Below are positions 41,408-53,046 of a stretch of DNA of 64,000 nt, piece after piece. Position 1 is the first letter of the stretch. Every line of letters begins with the position of its first letter. Origin of the DNA: an uncultured Acidobacteriota bacterium (GTDB taxonomy: Bacteria > Acidobacteriota > Thermoanaerobaculia > UBA5066 > Gp7-AA6); the NCBI GenBank assembly GCA_963764715.1, contig CAVXTP010000022.1, positions 192,001-256,000 of the forward strand, in the 5' to 3' direction. Both the position numbers and the translations under genes were made by a program. Below the pieces are notes generated by a model. The model saw nothing but the letters and a program-made list of their open reading frames with translations. It was not told the DNA's origin and did not search any database.

Positions 41408-42085
41408 TCAGCCCGAGGCCGCCGGCAGCCCGGTGCCCTTGAGAAGGTCCTTGACGATGCGCGCGGTCTCTTCCTTGCCGGGCACGCAGAGGTTGGGGTC
41501 CTTCTCCTTGCCGTTGGCGAGGGCCACCGCGTAGCCCTCGCAGTCGTAGCCGCAGGCGGTGCAGTCCGTCTGGGCCATGGCCGCGTAGAGCTTCAGCGCG
41601 AGGTTGCCGTCCTTCGCCATCTCCATGCGCTTCCCCAGCGGAATCGTCTCGTCGTGGAAGGCCGGCGCCTCCTTCTTGGGCTTGGCCGCCACGACTTCTT
41701 CTTCCTCGCGGCCCGTCTCCATCCACTGGCCGTAGGAGAGGCAGTTGGGGCAGACGAAGCTGTAGTCCCAGCCCTGGGGCAGGAACACGGCCGGCGTCCG
41801 GTAGACGTGGAGGGCCGTGAAGTCCTGGGGGCACGTGGGCGACTCGCGCTCCTGCGCGTCCCGGACCATCGTCTTCAGGTGGGGCCGCGAGAACTCGATC
41901 TGCTTGGGCTTCTGCGCGAACCGGTGCATCTCCTTGCCGCGCGGGCAGACCATGACGACCTGCGGCTTGTAGACGCGGTCCACGAAGAAGGTCCGCATCG
42001 GCACGTCGTGCGTGGGGCAGACCGAGGGGGCGTCCTTCCAGAACGAGGCGACGAGGGCGGATTTCTCCGGAATCGAAAGTCCCAT
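41408..42085 (-). CDS. Fe-S-binding protein with N-terminal CP-knuckle repeats
   Basis: CPTH/CPRG and CPQD/CPNC pairs, then AAMAQTDCTACGYDC-x17-CVPG. Confidence 0.75.
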   Translation of the reverse strand: MGLSIPEKSALVASFWKDAPSVCPTHDVPMRTFFVDRVYKPQVVMVCPRGKEMHRFAQKPKQIEFSRPHLKTMVRDAQERESPTCPQDFTALHVYRTPAVFLPQGWDYSFVCPNCLSYGQWMETGREEEEVVAAKPKKEAPAFHDETIPLGKRMEMAKDGNLALKLYAAMAQTDCTACGYDCEGYAVALANGKEKDPNLCVPGKEETARIVKDLLKGTGLPAASG

Positions 42086-42106
42086 CGGGCGAGGATTATA
42101 AACGGG

Positions 42107-42751
42107 TCAGAGCGCGGCGAAAGGGTTCAGGCGCTTCTCCTCGGCGATCGTCGTGCCCTCCCCGTGGCCGCAGACGACGGGCGTCGAGCCCTCGAGCGGG
42201 AAGAGCCGGCCGCGGATCGAAGCGAGGATCGCGTCGGTGTCCCCGCCCCAGAGGTCCGTCCTTCCGATCGAGCGCCGGAAGAGCGTGTCGCCCGAGAAGA
42301 GAACGGGGGAGTCGCCTTCGAGCAGGAAGCACGTCGAGCCGGGAGTGTGGCCCGGGGTGTGGATCGTCCGCAGCCGGTAGGGGCCGAATCGCACGACGTC
42401 TCCGTCGGCGAGCGGCGTGTCGGGCGGAAGCGGTGCCTCGGCGCGCAGGCCGAAGAACGCCGCCTGCTCCGGCAGGGCGTCGTAGAGCGGGCGGTCGGCG
42501 GGATGAAGCCGGATCGGCGCGCCGGTCGCCTCCTTCATCGCCCGCGAGGCCGTGATGTGGTCGAGGTGCGCGTGGGTGTGGAGCAGCGCGACCGGCTTCA
42601 GCTTCGCTTCTTCGAGAAGCCGGAGGATCCGCTCGGGCTCGTCGCCCGGGTCGATCACGACGGCCTCGCGCGAAACCGGATCGGCGAGAACGCTGCAGTT
42701 GCACTGGAGCGGGCCGACCGGGAAGGTCTCGACGATCGGGGCCGCCGTCAC
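42107..42751 (-). CDS. MBL-fold metallo-hydrolase (glyoxalase II-like)
   Basis: VGPLQCNC, THAHLDH, TPGHTPGS, FSGDTLF, CGHG. Confidence 0.92.
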   Translation of the reverse strand: MTAAPIVETFPVGPLQCNCSVLADPVSREAVVIDPGDEPERILRLLEEAKLKPVALLHTHAHLDHITASRAMKEATGAPIRLHPADRPLYDALPEQAAFFGLRAEAPLPPDTPLADGDVVRFGPYRLRTIHTPGHTPGSTCFLLEGDSPVLFSGDTLFRRSIGRTDLWGGDTDAILASIRGRLFPLEGSTPVVCGHGEGTTIAEEKRLNPFAAL

Positions 42752-43152
42752 GGGTGCACCGCCACGACGGTGTCGACGTCGTGCCGCTCGCGGGCCGAGG
42801 CGTCGGCCCACACCGTCTTCGGAGAGGAGAGGTTGAGCTGGACGGCCCACTCCTGGTTGTCGGGCCGCCGGTACTCCGAGGCGAAGAGCTGGCGGCGGCT
42901 CTTCGGCGTGAAGATCTCCCACCGGATGTAGCCGAAGTCGGCGGTGTCGCCGTGCAGGTAGAACGCCGGGATCCTCTCGCCGGGCTCGATCCGCGCGTCC
43001 CGCACGGTCGTCGGCGAAAATCCGTTGGCGGCGAGCCGCTCCTCGAACTCGGGGGCCACGAGCCGGCCCTTCCAGCGCAGGCTGTGCCGTCCGCGCGCGA
43101 CGCCGCGGCCGAGGATGAGGTCGTCGAGCGCGGAGGAAAGCTCCGGATCCAT
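42748..43152 (-). CDS. hypothetical protein (134 aa)
   Basis: MDPELSSALDDL... with typical codon usage; stop overlaps MBL GTG. Confidence 0.65.
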   Translation of the reverse strand: MDPELSSALDDLILGRGVARGRHSLRWKGRLVAPEFEERLAANGFSPTTVRDARIEPGERIPAFYLHGDTADFGYIRWEIFTPKSRRQLFASEYRRPDNQEWAVQLNLSSPKTVWADASARERHDVDTVVAVHP

Positions 43153-43165
43153 CGGAACCCCGATC

Positions 43166-44632
43166 TTAGCGCCCCGGAACTCCGGCCGGGTCGATCCGGC
43201 GCACCGTCGCGCCCGCGGCCGTGGGGAAGCTCTCGGACGGAAGGCCGGCGGCCCACCGGCGCAGCCACGGGTCCTCGGGGCCCGCCGCGAGCACGAGCCA
43301 GCCGCGGCTGCCCGGGCGCCAGGCGCGGGCCATGGACCCGCGATCCCCTCCCACGTCCACGATCGAACGGCCGGGGTCGCGGCCTTCCGTCGCGTCGAAG
43401 AGCCAGCGCGGGCCCACGATGTAGTAGGCGACGCAGAGCTGCGTGTGCTGGTTCTCGGCGAAGATGCGCTCGGCCGGCGCCGCTTCGCGCCGCAGGTACG
43501 CGGCCACGGGACGCCAGTCCGGCCGGCCCTGCCGGAAGTAGACCCGCAGCGCGCGCGCATCGAGGACGAGGACCGCGGCGAGAAGCGCCACGCCGGGCAG
43601 CCGCCCGACGGGCCGCGCGAGCAGCGCCGAGACGGCCACCGCGGCGAGCGCCGTGACGGCGAGCCCCGCCGGAAGGAATATCCGCGACGCGTCGACGTGG
43701 GGATGGATCCGGGAGAGGGCCTCGATCGTGGCCGCGCCGCCGAGTCCCCAGACGGCGAGGAAGCGAAGACCCGGCCGCGCCACGGCGATCCAGGCTCCGC
43801 ACGCGGCGAGCAGGAGAAACACCGCTCCGCCCGCGGAGAGAGCGGCCCCGTCGCCCGGCGCGAACGCGAAGAAGGCGGCGATCCTCCCCGCCCGCTCGAG
43901 CGTCGGCGGCGGGGGAGCCGCCGTCGGCGGCCGGCGCATGGCGTCGAGCACGACGGGCGTCCACGGCAGGTAGGCGAGGGCGAGAGCCAGCGCGAAGAGC
44001 GGGCTCCAGGCGAGGAAGCGCCGTGCCGTGCGTCGGCGAGCAGGGTCCGCCGCGAATGCGTCCTCGAGCAGGAGCGCGCCGGCGGCGATCGCGAGGACCA
44101 GGCCCGCGGTGTAGAGGGTGTAAGCCGTCCCGAGGCAGAGCAGGTAGAGCGCCGCCAGCCTCGCCGCGCCCGGGCGCTCGAGGAATCGGTCGAGCGCCAC
44201 GAGGGCGAGGACGAGCAGGAAGAGCGCCAGGGAGTACGGGCGGAGCTCCTGGGAGAAGCGCACGTGGTACGGGGCGAAGGCGAGGAGGGCCGCGCCGGCG
44301 AGGCCGAGGACGGGCCCTCCCCGCCGGGCGAGAAGGAGCCCGAAGGCGCCGACGCCGCCGGCGCCCCAGAGCGCGGGCAGGAGCTTTCGCCCGGCGTCGC
44401 CGGGATGGAGCGCGTCGAAGAGCTTGCCGGCGACGTAGTCGAGGGGAGGGTGGACGGCGTCGAAACGCAGGGACTTCCAGAGGTACGCCCAGTCCCCGCT
44501 GATCCAGTACGACTGCCGGATCTCGTCGAGCCAGTAGGAGAAGTGGCCGAGGCGGAGGAGGGTCGCCGCGAAGCCGGCGGCGACGATTCCGGCGAGGGCG
44601 GCGCGGAAGGGACGCGGCACGCGGAGCAGCAT
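43166..44632 (-). CDS. glycosyltransferase family 39/PMT-like membrane protein
   Basis: SYWLDE, VHPPL.Y, FSQELRPYSL motifs, multiple TMs, RPDWR. Confidence 0.82.
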   Translation of the reverse strand: MLLRVPRPFRAALAGIVAAGFAATLLRLGHFSYWLDEIRQSYWISGDWAYLWKSLRFDAVHPPLDYVAGKLFDALHPGDAGRKLLPALWGAGGVGAFGLLLARRGGPVLGLAGAALLAFAPYHVRFSQELRPYSLALFLLVLALVALDRFLERPGAARLAALYLLCLGTAYTLYTAGLVLAIAAGALLLEDAFAADPARRRTARRFLAWSPLFALALALAYLPWTPVVLDAMRRPPTAAPPPPTLERAGRIAAFFAFAPGDGAALSAGGAVFLLLAACGAWIAVARPGLRFLAVWGLGGAATIEALSRIHPHVDASRIFLPAGLAVTALAAVAVSALLARPVGRLPGVALLAAVLVLDARALRVYFRQGRPDWRPVAAYLRREAAPAERIFAENQHTQLCVAYYIVGPRWLFDATEGRDPGRSIVDVGGDRGSMARAWRPGSRGWLVLAAGPEDPWLRRWAAGLPSESFPTAAGATVRRIDPAGVPGR

Positions 44633-44647
44633 ATAGACTCCCGCGCC

Positions 44648-45109
44648 TTGGACGTTCCATCGCTCGCCGTGCGGTTCGCGCTCGCCCTCTGGGTGGGCGG
44701 GACTCTCCTCGTCGTGATCGCCGCCCCGGTCGTCTTCGGAAAGATCCCGTCGCGGGACGCGGCCGGCGGGGTCTTCGGCGAGATCCTGCGGCGGTTCGAG
44801 ATCGTCAAGCAGGTCCTCTCGCTCGTTCTGGTGATCGGGGTCTTCGTCGCCCTCGAGCGGGGCCTCGTGCTGCGGGGCCGGACCGCGGCCGGCGCGATCG
44901 GGATCTTCGTCGCGATCGCGACCAACGTCTACCTCGCGATGGTCCTCCGGCCGAGGATGGACTACTTCCGGATGAAGGTCGGCTCCTTCGACGCCGCGCC
45001 GCCGGACGATCCGTTCCGCGTACGGTTCGACTCGCTGCACCGCCGCGCGACGCGCGTGCTCTCCCTCGGCTGGCTCGCGGCGGCGCTCGGCCTCGCGCTC
45101 TGGGCCTAG
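44648..45109 (+). CDS. DUF4149-like membrane protein
   Basis: LWVGG...APVVF...AGGVF, FDSLHRRA motifs; about 4 TMs. Confidence 0.72.
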   Translation: MDVPSLAVRFALALWVGGTLLVVIAAPVVFGKIPSRDAAGGVFGEILRRFEIVKQVLSLVLVIGVFVALERGLVLRGRTAAGAIGIFVAIATNVYLAMVLRPRMDYFRMKVGSFDAAPPDDPFRVRFDSLHRRATRVLSLGWLAAALGLALWA

Positions 45110-45113
45110 GGCC

Positions 45114-45494
45114 TCAGCGCTTCAGGCGGGCGACGACGTCGATCTCGACGGACGCGCCTTTGGGGAGCTCCGCGACGGCCACCGTCGAGCGCGCCGGACG
45201 GTGGTTGCCGAACCGCCGCGCGTAAATCCCGTTCATCGCGGCGAAGTCGGACATCCGGAGGAGGTAGACGGTCGACTTGACGACGTCCTGGAGGCTCGCC
45301 CCGGCCTCGCGGAGGACGGCCTCGAGATTGTCGAACACCCTCTCGACGCCGGCCTCGAAGCCCCCCGGAACGAGCTCGCCCGTCGCCGGATCCAGCGGAA
45401 CCTGTCCCGACGCGAACAGGAGGTCGCCGTCGACGATCGCCTGGCTGTACGGTCCGATGGCCTTCGGGGCGCCTTCCGCGGCGATGATTTTCAT
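45114..45494 (-). CDS. RidA/YjgF family reactive-intermediate deaminase
   Basis: APKAIGPYSQA, SGQVP, PARSTVAVAELPKG..VEID. Confidence 0.93.
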   Translation of the reverse strand: MKIIAAEGAPKAIGPYSQAIVDGDLLFASGQVPLDPATGELVPGGFEAGVERVFDNLEAVLREAGASLQDVVKSTVYLLRMSDFAAMNGIYARRFGNHRPARSTVAVAELPKGASVEIDVVARLKR

Positions 45495-45578
45495 CGTTTT
45501 CGCACCTCGGCGGCCCCGGTTCCCGGCCGGCGCCGCGGTCTTTCCGCGCTAAGATACCGGGAACCGCGGAACAACACG

Positions 45579-47093
45579 ATGTCCGTCGAGCGAATCCAGC
45601 TTCTTCACGAAGACTACATTCGCCTGACCGAGAGGTTCAAGGCGTTGTGGACGTTCCACCAGTTTCTGCGTGGCGTCCAGAAGACGTTCTTCGCCGCCGA
45701 GCCCTCGTACGCCCTCGACTTCTCGAAGCTCTACGACGACGTGCGCTCGGTCGCCGGGGCGATCGACACGACGTCGCCGGAGAAGGTCGCGCCGCGCATC
45801 CGGGAGCTCTCGGAACGCCTCGACGCCTTCGCGCACAAGCTCCGCGAAGCCGACCGGCACGTGTCGCCGTCCTACGTGCGGCGCTTCTTCGAGAAGGTGC
45901 AGCCCCAGGACGAGAAGATCGCGTTTCACCTCCTGCGCTTTTACTTCTCGCAGCCCGACGTCGACGAGGACGTCGTCGACAAGGTCGACTTCCTGGCGAC
46001 GGTGCTCGCGGCCGGGCAGGGAGGCGACGCCTCCGCGGCGCGGCCCCGCCCCGAGGTCCGCAAGTACTTCGAGTCCGCGACCGCGACCTCCGTCTGGCCC
46101 CGGATCGATGCCGAGACGGCGCCGACGATCGCGCGGGCCTTCGACGACGTCGCGGCCGAGATGGCGCGCGCGCAGGAGTTCGAGGACCTCGTGACGGAGA
46201 AGCTCCTCCAGAACGTGCGCATCCTGAAGCGCCGGGTCGCGGGCGGGCTCGCCCATCCGGACGTCCTCGCGGCGGCGGCGACGTGCAACCTGCGCACGCG
46301 GTCGGTCTTCCACCGCCTCTACGAGCGCGAGGAGCGGCGGCTCGACGAGGCCACCGAGCGGATCGGCGACCTCGAGAAGGAGCTGACGCGCGGCGGCCTC
46401 GAGGTGCCCACGGCCGACGAGTTCCGGAAGTTCCACGAGTCCCGGCAGCGCTTCGAGCGCCAGTCGCGCGACTCGAACCTCAAGGCGCGGCAGGTCGTCG
46501 AGCTCAAGGAGGCCATCGGCCACGTCCTCGGACGGTTCGAGCTCGCGGGGCTCGCCGCCGAGGACATCGACGAGGCCCTGAGCCTCGTCGAGGAGGTCGA
46601 GTCGGACGCCGACGACGACGCGTTCTGGAAGCCGGCCGTCGAGCGGGTGCTCGCCGCGGTCGAGCACTACGACGACGGCGCGGGCCCTCTGCGCACGGAC
46701 CTCGCCGGGCTCGAGAACCTGCGCCTCGAGCCGTGGGAGCTGAAGGCCGCGCGGCATGCCGTGGCGGCGGGCGGGCGGCCGCCGAACGAGCGGGACCGCA
46801 TCCTCCTCCGTGCGGCCGCGCTGCGGCTAAAGGCCGAGGAGGAGACGGACGCGCTCGCCCGCTCCGGCGGCGAGCCGCGGGCCGAGACGCTCCGCGCGGC
46901 CCGCTCGACGCTCGGCCGGGTGCCGGCGCTCGACGGCGCGCTCTCGAGCGTGGTCGACGAGGCCGAGGCGGTCAGCTCGTCGGAGGAGATCCGTTCCTGG
47001 ACCCGCACGCGGTTCCGGCTCCTGCGCGCCACGGCCGACCTCTGGCTGATGCAGGACGCCCCCCGCAGCGAGCGCCGCGACTCGCGTCCGTAA
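45579..47093 (+). CDS. hypothetical all-helical protein (504 aa)
   Basis: Strong GC3 codon bias, helical/coiled-coil pattern, no motif recognised. Confidence 0.75.
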   Translation: MSVERIQLLHEDYIRLTERFKALWTFHQFLRGVQKTFFAAEPSYALDFSKLYDDVRSVAGAIDTTSPEKVAPRIRELSERLDAFAHKLREADRHVSPSYVRRFFEKVQPQDEKIAFHLLRFYFSQPDVDEDVVDKVDFLATVLAAGQGGDASAARPRPEVRKYFESATATSVWPRIDAETAPTIARAFDDVAAEMARAQEFEDLVTEKLLQNVRILKRRVAGGLAHPDVLAAAATCNLRTRSVFHRLYEREERRLDEATERIGDLEKELTRGGLEVPTADEFRKFHESRQRFERQSRDSNLKARQVVELKEAIGHVLGRFELAGLAAEDIDEALSLVEEVESDADDDAFWKPAVERVLAAVEHYDDGAGPLRTDLAGLENLRLEPWELKAARHAVAAGGRPPNERDRILLRAAALRLKAEEETDALARSGGEPRAETLRAARSTLGRVPALDGALSSVVDEAEAVSSSEEIRSWTRTRFRLLRATADLWLMQDAPRSERRDSRP

Positions 47094-47132
47094 GCCGGCG
47101 GACCGCCGGGACCGACCGTATACTCCGCTCCG

Positions 47133-48668
<1,536 letters not shown>

Positions 48669-48672
<4 letters not shown>

Positions 48673-49851
48673 CCGTGCGGTTCGAGACCTCCGTCGCGCT
48701 CCGCTACCTGGCCGCGTCCCGGCGCCGGGCCCACGTCGCGCTGATCGCGACGATCTCGATCGTGGGCCTCGCGGTCGGGGTCGCCGCGCTGATCGTCTCG
48801 CTCGCGCTGCTCTCGGGCTTCCAGGACCGCATCCGCCGCCAGATGATGGAGCGGACCGCGCACCTCACGGTTTTCCCGGCGCGCGGCGCGCTCCTGCCCG
48901 ACGCCGACGCCGCGCGGCGGGCGCTCGAGAAGGCGCCGGGGGCCTCGGGCGTCGAAGCCGCGATCGAAGGCCGCGGCTGGGCCTCGGACATCGACGGCTC
49001 CGCCATCCAGCCGGTCCGCTTCCGCAACGGCGACGCCGCCGGGACGGAGTCGGGCGACGGTGCCCGGCGCCGTCATCACGCGGCCGCTCGCCGCGCGGCT
49101 CCACCTCGCGGTGGGCGACCCGATGCGGCTGACGTCGTCGCGTACGCGGCTCTCGCCGGTCGGACCGATCCCGGTCTCGGTCGTGCTCGAGGTCTCCGAC
49201 GTCCGGGGCGCGGGCCTCCTCGAGAAGGCCGCCGAGGTCGAGGTCTCGGAGTCGACCGCGCGGCTGCTCTCGGGAGTGGCCTCGGGCGCGTTCGCCTACG
49301 AGGCGCGCCTCGCCGACCCGACACGGGCCGACGACGCGGCGGCCGCGGTGCGGGCGGCGCTCCCGGCGGGATACAAGGTCGAGACGTGGCGGGACCGCAA
49401 CGCGCCGCTCGCCTTCGCGCTGCGGCTGGAGAAGGCGGTCATCTTCGTGACGGTTGGCCTCGTGATCGTGGTCGCGGCGCTCAACATCGTGGCCTCGATC
49501 GCCCTGACCGTGGTCGAGAAGAAGCGCGACCTCGGGGTCCTGACGTCGATGGGCGCAGCGCCCGGAGCGCTCCTCCGGATCTACCTGACGCTCGGCGCGG
49601 TGATCGGCGTCGTCGGAACGGCCGCCGGGGTCGTGATCGGCGTCGGCCTCTCGGTCGCCGCCGACCGGCTGAAGCTGGTGCCCCTGCCGCCGGAGGTCTA
49701 CTCGATCTCGCACGTTCCCTTCGCCATTCACCCGGCCGAGGTCGCCGCGTGCGCCGCGTTCGCCATCGGCACGGCGATCGCGGCCGCGGTCCTGCCGGCG
49801 CGCGCGGCGGCGCGGCTGGCGCCGGGCGAGGCGATCCGGCTGTCGCGATGA
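48669..49851 (+). CDS. LolC/E-family lipoprotein-releasing permease; +1 frameshift at about 49053
   Basis: ALRYL...[13 protein letters not shown], then VAALNIV...[32 protein letters not shown]. Confidence 0.85.
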
Positions 49852-50549
49852 CGGCGCTGGCGATCCGGGCCGAGGGGCTCTCGAAGACCTACACGGGGGA
49901 GGGCGCGCCCGTGACGGTGTTCTCGGGCCTGTCCTTCGACCTTCGCGAGGGCACGTTCGCCGCGGTCATGGGACCCTCGGGCGTGGGCAAGTCGACCCTG
50001 CTCCACCTGATCGGCGGCATCGACCGGCCGGACACCGGCCGCGTCGAGGTGTTCGGCACGGCGATCGAGGAGCTGACGCCGCGCGCGCGGGCCCGGTTCC
50101 GCAACGAGAAAGTCGGGTTCGTGTTCCAGTTCCATCACCTTTTGCCCGAGTTCACGGCTGAAGAGAACGTCGCGATGCCTCACCGCATCGCCGGGGTGCC
50201 GGAAGCCGAGGCGCGCCGGAAGGCCGCGGCGCTGCTCGAGCGCGTGGGACTCGGGGACCGGCGCCACCACGGAGCACGGGCCCTCTCGGGCGGCGAGCAG
50301 CAGCGCGTCGCGATCGCGCGCGCCCTCGCGCGGGGCCCGGGGCTGCTCCTGGCCGACGAGCCGACCGGGAATCTCGACTCGGCCTCGGCCGGGGCGGTCT
50401 TCGGCCTCCTGCGGGAGCTCCACGCGGAGCGGGGAATGACGACCGTTCTCGTCACGCACAACCCGGATCTGGCGAATCGCTGTGATAGACTTTTCACGAT
50501 GTCCCGGGAAGGAATTACTCCGTCGCCCGGTTTGCCAGAGCGAGGCTAG
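49848..50549 (+). CDS. lolD: lipoprotein-releasing ABC ATPase
   Basis: GPSGVGKSTLLH, FQFHHLLPEFTA.ENV, LSGGEQQR. Confidence 0.88.
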   Translation: MTALAIRAEGLSKTYTGEGAPVTVFSGLSFDLREGTFAAVMGPSGVGKSTLLHLIGGIDRPDTGRVEVFGTAIEELTPRARARFRNEKVGFVFQFHHLLPEFTAEENVAMPHRIAGVPEAEARRKAAALLERVGLGDRRHHGARALSGGEQQRVAIARALARGPGLLLADEPTGNLDSASAGAVFGLLRELHAERGMTTVLVTHNPDLANRCDRLFTMSREGITPSPGLPERG

Positions 50550-50609
50550 TCCGGAGACTTCGCTCGATGGCTTTCCACCACAGATCTCCAACGGCGACAG
50601 GTTCCTTCC

Positions 50610-53042
50610 ATGTTTGAGAAGTACAACGAAAAAGCGCGCCGCGCGCTGTTTTTCGCCCGCTACGAGGCGTCCAAGCTCGGCTCTAAGGTGATCGAGTCCG
50701 AGCATCTCCTGCTCGGCATCCTCCGGGAGGGCGAAGACGTCATCAAGGAGATCTTCGCCCGGTTCAACGTCAAGCCCGAGGACGTCCGGCGGGAGATCGA
50801 GGGCGACCGGATCTTCGTCGAGCGGATCTCCTCGACGGCCGAGCTGCCCCTGTCCGAGGAGTCCAAGAAGATCCTGGCCTACGCCTCCCACGAGGCCGAG
50901 TCCATGATGCACCCCTACGTCGGCACGGAGCACCTCCTGATCGGGCTCCTGCGGGTCGACGGCTGCGTCGCCGGGCGCCTGCTCGCGGCCCGGGGCTTCA
51001 ACCTCTACGGCGTGCGCGAGGAGACGATCTCGCTCATCAAGGAGCGGGAGGTCTCGAAGCAGAAGAAGGAGCTGCCGTTCCTGGCCGAGTACAGCCGGGA
51101 CCTGACGCAGCTCGCCGGGACCGGGACCTTCGACCCGCTGATCGGCCGCGACAAGGAAGTCGAGCGCATCATCCAGATCCTCTCGCGGCGCACCAAGAAC
51201 AACCCGATCCTCCTGGGGGAGCCGGGCGTCGGCAAGACCGCGATCGTCGAGGGGCTCGCGACCCGCATCGTCGAAGGCGCCGTCCCGATGTTCCTCTCGT
51301 CCAAGAAGATCCTGGCGCTCGACCTCTCGCTGATCGTCGCGGGGACCAAGTACCGCGGCCAGTTCGAGGAGCGGCTGAAGGGGATCATCCGGGAGCTCCG
51401 GGAGAACCCGGACCTGATCATCTTCATCGACGAGATCCACTCGCTGATCGGGGCGGGCTCGGCGGAGGGCTCGCTCGACGCCGCCAACATCCTCAAGCCG
51501 GCGCTCTCCCGCGGCGAGGTCTCGTGCATCGGCGCGACGACCCTGAAGGAGTACCGGAAGTACATCGAGAAGGACCGGAGCCTCCTGCGGCGGTTCCAGG
51601 CGATCCACGTCACGGCGCCCTCGGAGAACGAGACTTTCGAGATCCTCGAGGGCGTGAAGGACCGGTACGAGCAGTTCCACAAGGTCCGGTACTCGGCCGA
51701 GGCGATCAAGACCGCGGTCTACCAGTCCAACCGCTACATCACCGACCGCTTCTTCCCGGACAAGGCGATCGACATCCTCGACGAGGCCGGGGCGAAGGTC
51801 AAGCTCAAGCGGGTCGCCGACACCCAGAACCTGCGCAAGCTCGAGCTCGAGATCCGCCAGATCGTCAAGGAGATGAAGAAGGCGATCTCGGACAAGGATT
51901 TCGAGAAGGCGGTTTTCCTCCGCGAGCGCGAGATCGAGCTCAAGGAGGAAATCGAGCGGGCCAAGGCGCAGTCGGCCGAGAAGAGCGACGCGACCCAGGA
52001 GGTCACGCGCCGCGACATCGAGGAGATCATCTCCTCCTGGACCGGCATCCCGGTCGCCTCGCTCGAGATGGAAGAGGCCGAGAAGCTCCTCCACATGGAG
52101 GACGCCCTCCGCCGCCGGATCGTCGGCCAGGAGGCCGCGATCATCGGCGTCTCCAAGGCGATCCGCCGCTCGCGGCTCGGGGTCAACAACCCCAACCGGC
52201 CGATGGGCTCCTTCATCTTCCTCGGGCCCTCGGGCGTCGGGAAGACGGAGGTCGCGCGGCGGCTGGCGGAGTTCATGTTCGAGAACCAGAAGTCGCTCGT
52301 GCGCTTCGACATGTCGGAGTACATGGAGAAGCACGCGGTCTCGAAGCTGATCGGCTCGCCTCCGGGCTACGTCGGCCACGAGGAAGGCGGCCAGCTCACC
52401 GAGCGGATCCGCCGCAATCCCTACAGCGTCATCCTCTTCGACGAGATCGAGAAGGCGCACCCGGACATCGCGAATCTCCTGCTCCAGATCCTCGAGGACG
52501 GGATCCTGACGGACGCCTACGGCAACGTGGTCGACTTCAAGAACACCCTGATCATCATGACGTCGAACATCGGCACGAAGCACCTCGTCAACCGGACGCG
52601 CGTGGGCTTCGGAGGCAACCGCGAGCACCAGAGCAACAAGGAGATCGAGGACCTCGTCCTCAAGGAGCTGCGGCGCGACTTCTCGCCCGAGTTCATCAAC
52701 CGCATCGACGACATCATCGTCTTCCATCCGCTCGCGCGGCCGGACCTGGCGAAGATCTGCCGGCTGTTGATCGACGACGTGAACGCCACGATCGCCCCCA
52801 AGGGCGCCGTGATCGACGTCGACGACGCCTCGATCGAGTGGCTTCTGGCGCAGAGCGGGGAAGACCCCAACATGGGCGCCCGGCCGCTGCGCCGCGCCAT
52901 CCAGAAGCACGTCGAGGACCCGGTGTCGGAGCTGTTGATCGCGGCGCGCGCGGAGCGCATCGAGGCGATCGAGGTTCGTGTCGGGCCCGAGGGGCTGCGC
53001 GTGACGGTTCGCGAAGACGAGCCGATCACTCAGGGGCGCTGA
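50610..53042 (+). CDS. clpC: ATP-dependent Clp protease ATPase subunit (ClpC type)
   Basis: Double Clp-N repeat, GEPGVGKT and GPSGVGKT Walker A motifs, UVR-like coiled coil, VGF loop. Confidence 0.92.
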   Translation: MFEKYNEKARRALFFARYEASKLGSKVIESEHLLLGILREGEDVIKEIFARFNVKPEDVRREIEGDRIFVERISSTAELPLSEESKKILAYASHEAESMMHPYVGTEHLLIGLLRVDGCVAGRLLAARGFNLYGVREETISLIKEREVSKQKKELPFLAEYSRDLTQLAGTGTFDPLIGRDKEVERIIQILSRRTKNNPILLGEPGVGKTAIVEGLATRIVEGAVPMFLSSKKILALDLSLIVAGTKYRGQFEERLKGIIRELRENPDLIIFIDEIHSLIGAGSAEGSLDAANILKPALSRGEVSCIGATTLKEYRKYIEKDRSLLRRFQAIHVTAPSENETFEILEGVKDRYEQFHKVRYSAEAIKTAVYQSNRYITDRFFPDKAIDILDEAGAKVKLKRVADTQNLRKLELEIRQIVKEMKKAISDKDFEKAVFLREREIELKEEIERAKAQSAEKSDATQEVTRRDIEEIISSWTGIPVASLEMEEAEKLLHMEDALRRRIVGQEAAIIGVSKAIRRSRLGVNNPNRPMGSFIFLGPSGVGKTEVARRLAEFMFENQKSLVRFDMSEYMEKHAVSKLIGSPPGYVGHEEGGQLTERIRRNPYSVILFDEIEKAHPDIANLLLQILEDGILTDAYGNVVDFKNTLIIMTSNIGTKHLVNRTRVGFGGNREHQSNKEIEDLVLKELRRDFSPEFINRIDDIIVFHPLARPDLAKICRLLIDDVNATIAPKGAVIDVDDASIEWLLAQSGEDPNMGARPLRRAIQKHVEDPVSELLIAARAERIEAIEVRVGPEGLRVTVREDEPITQGR

Positions 53043-53046
53043 GCGT

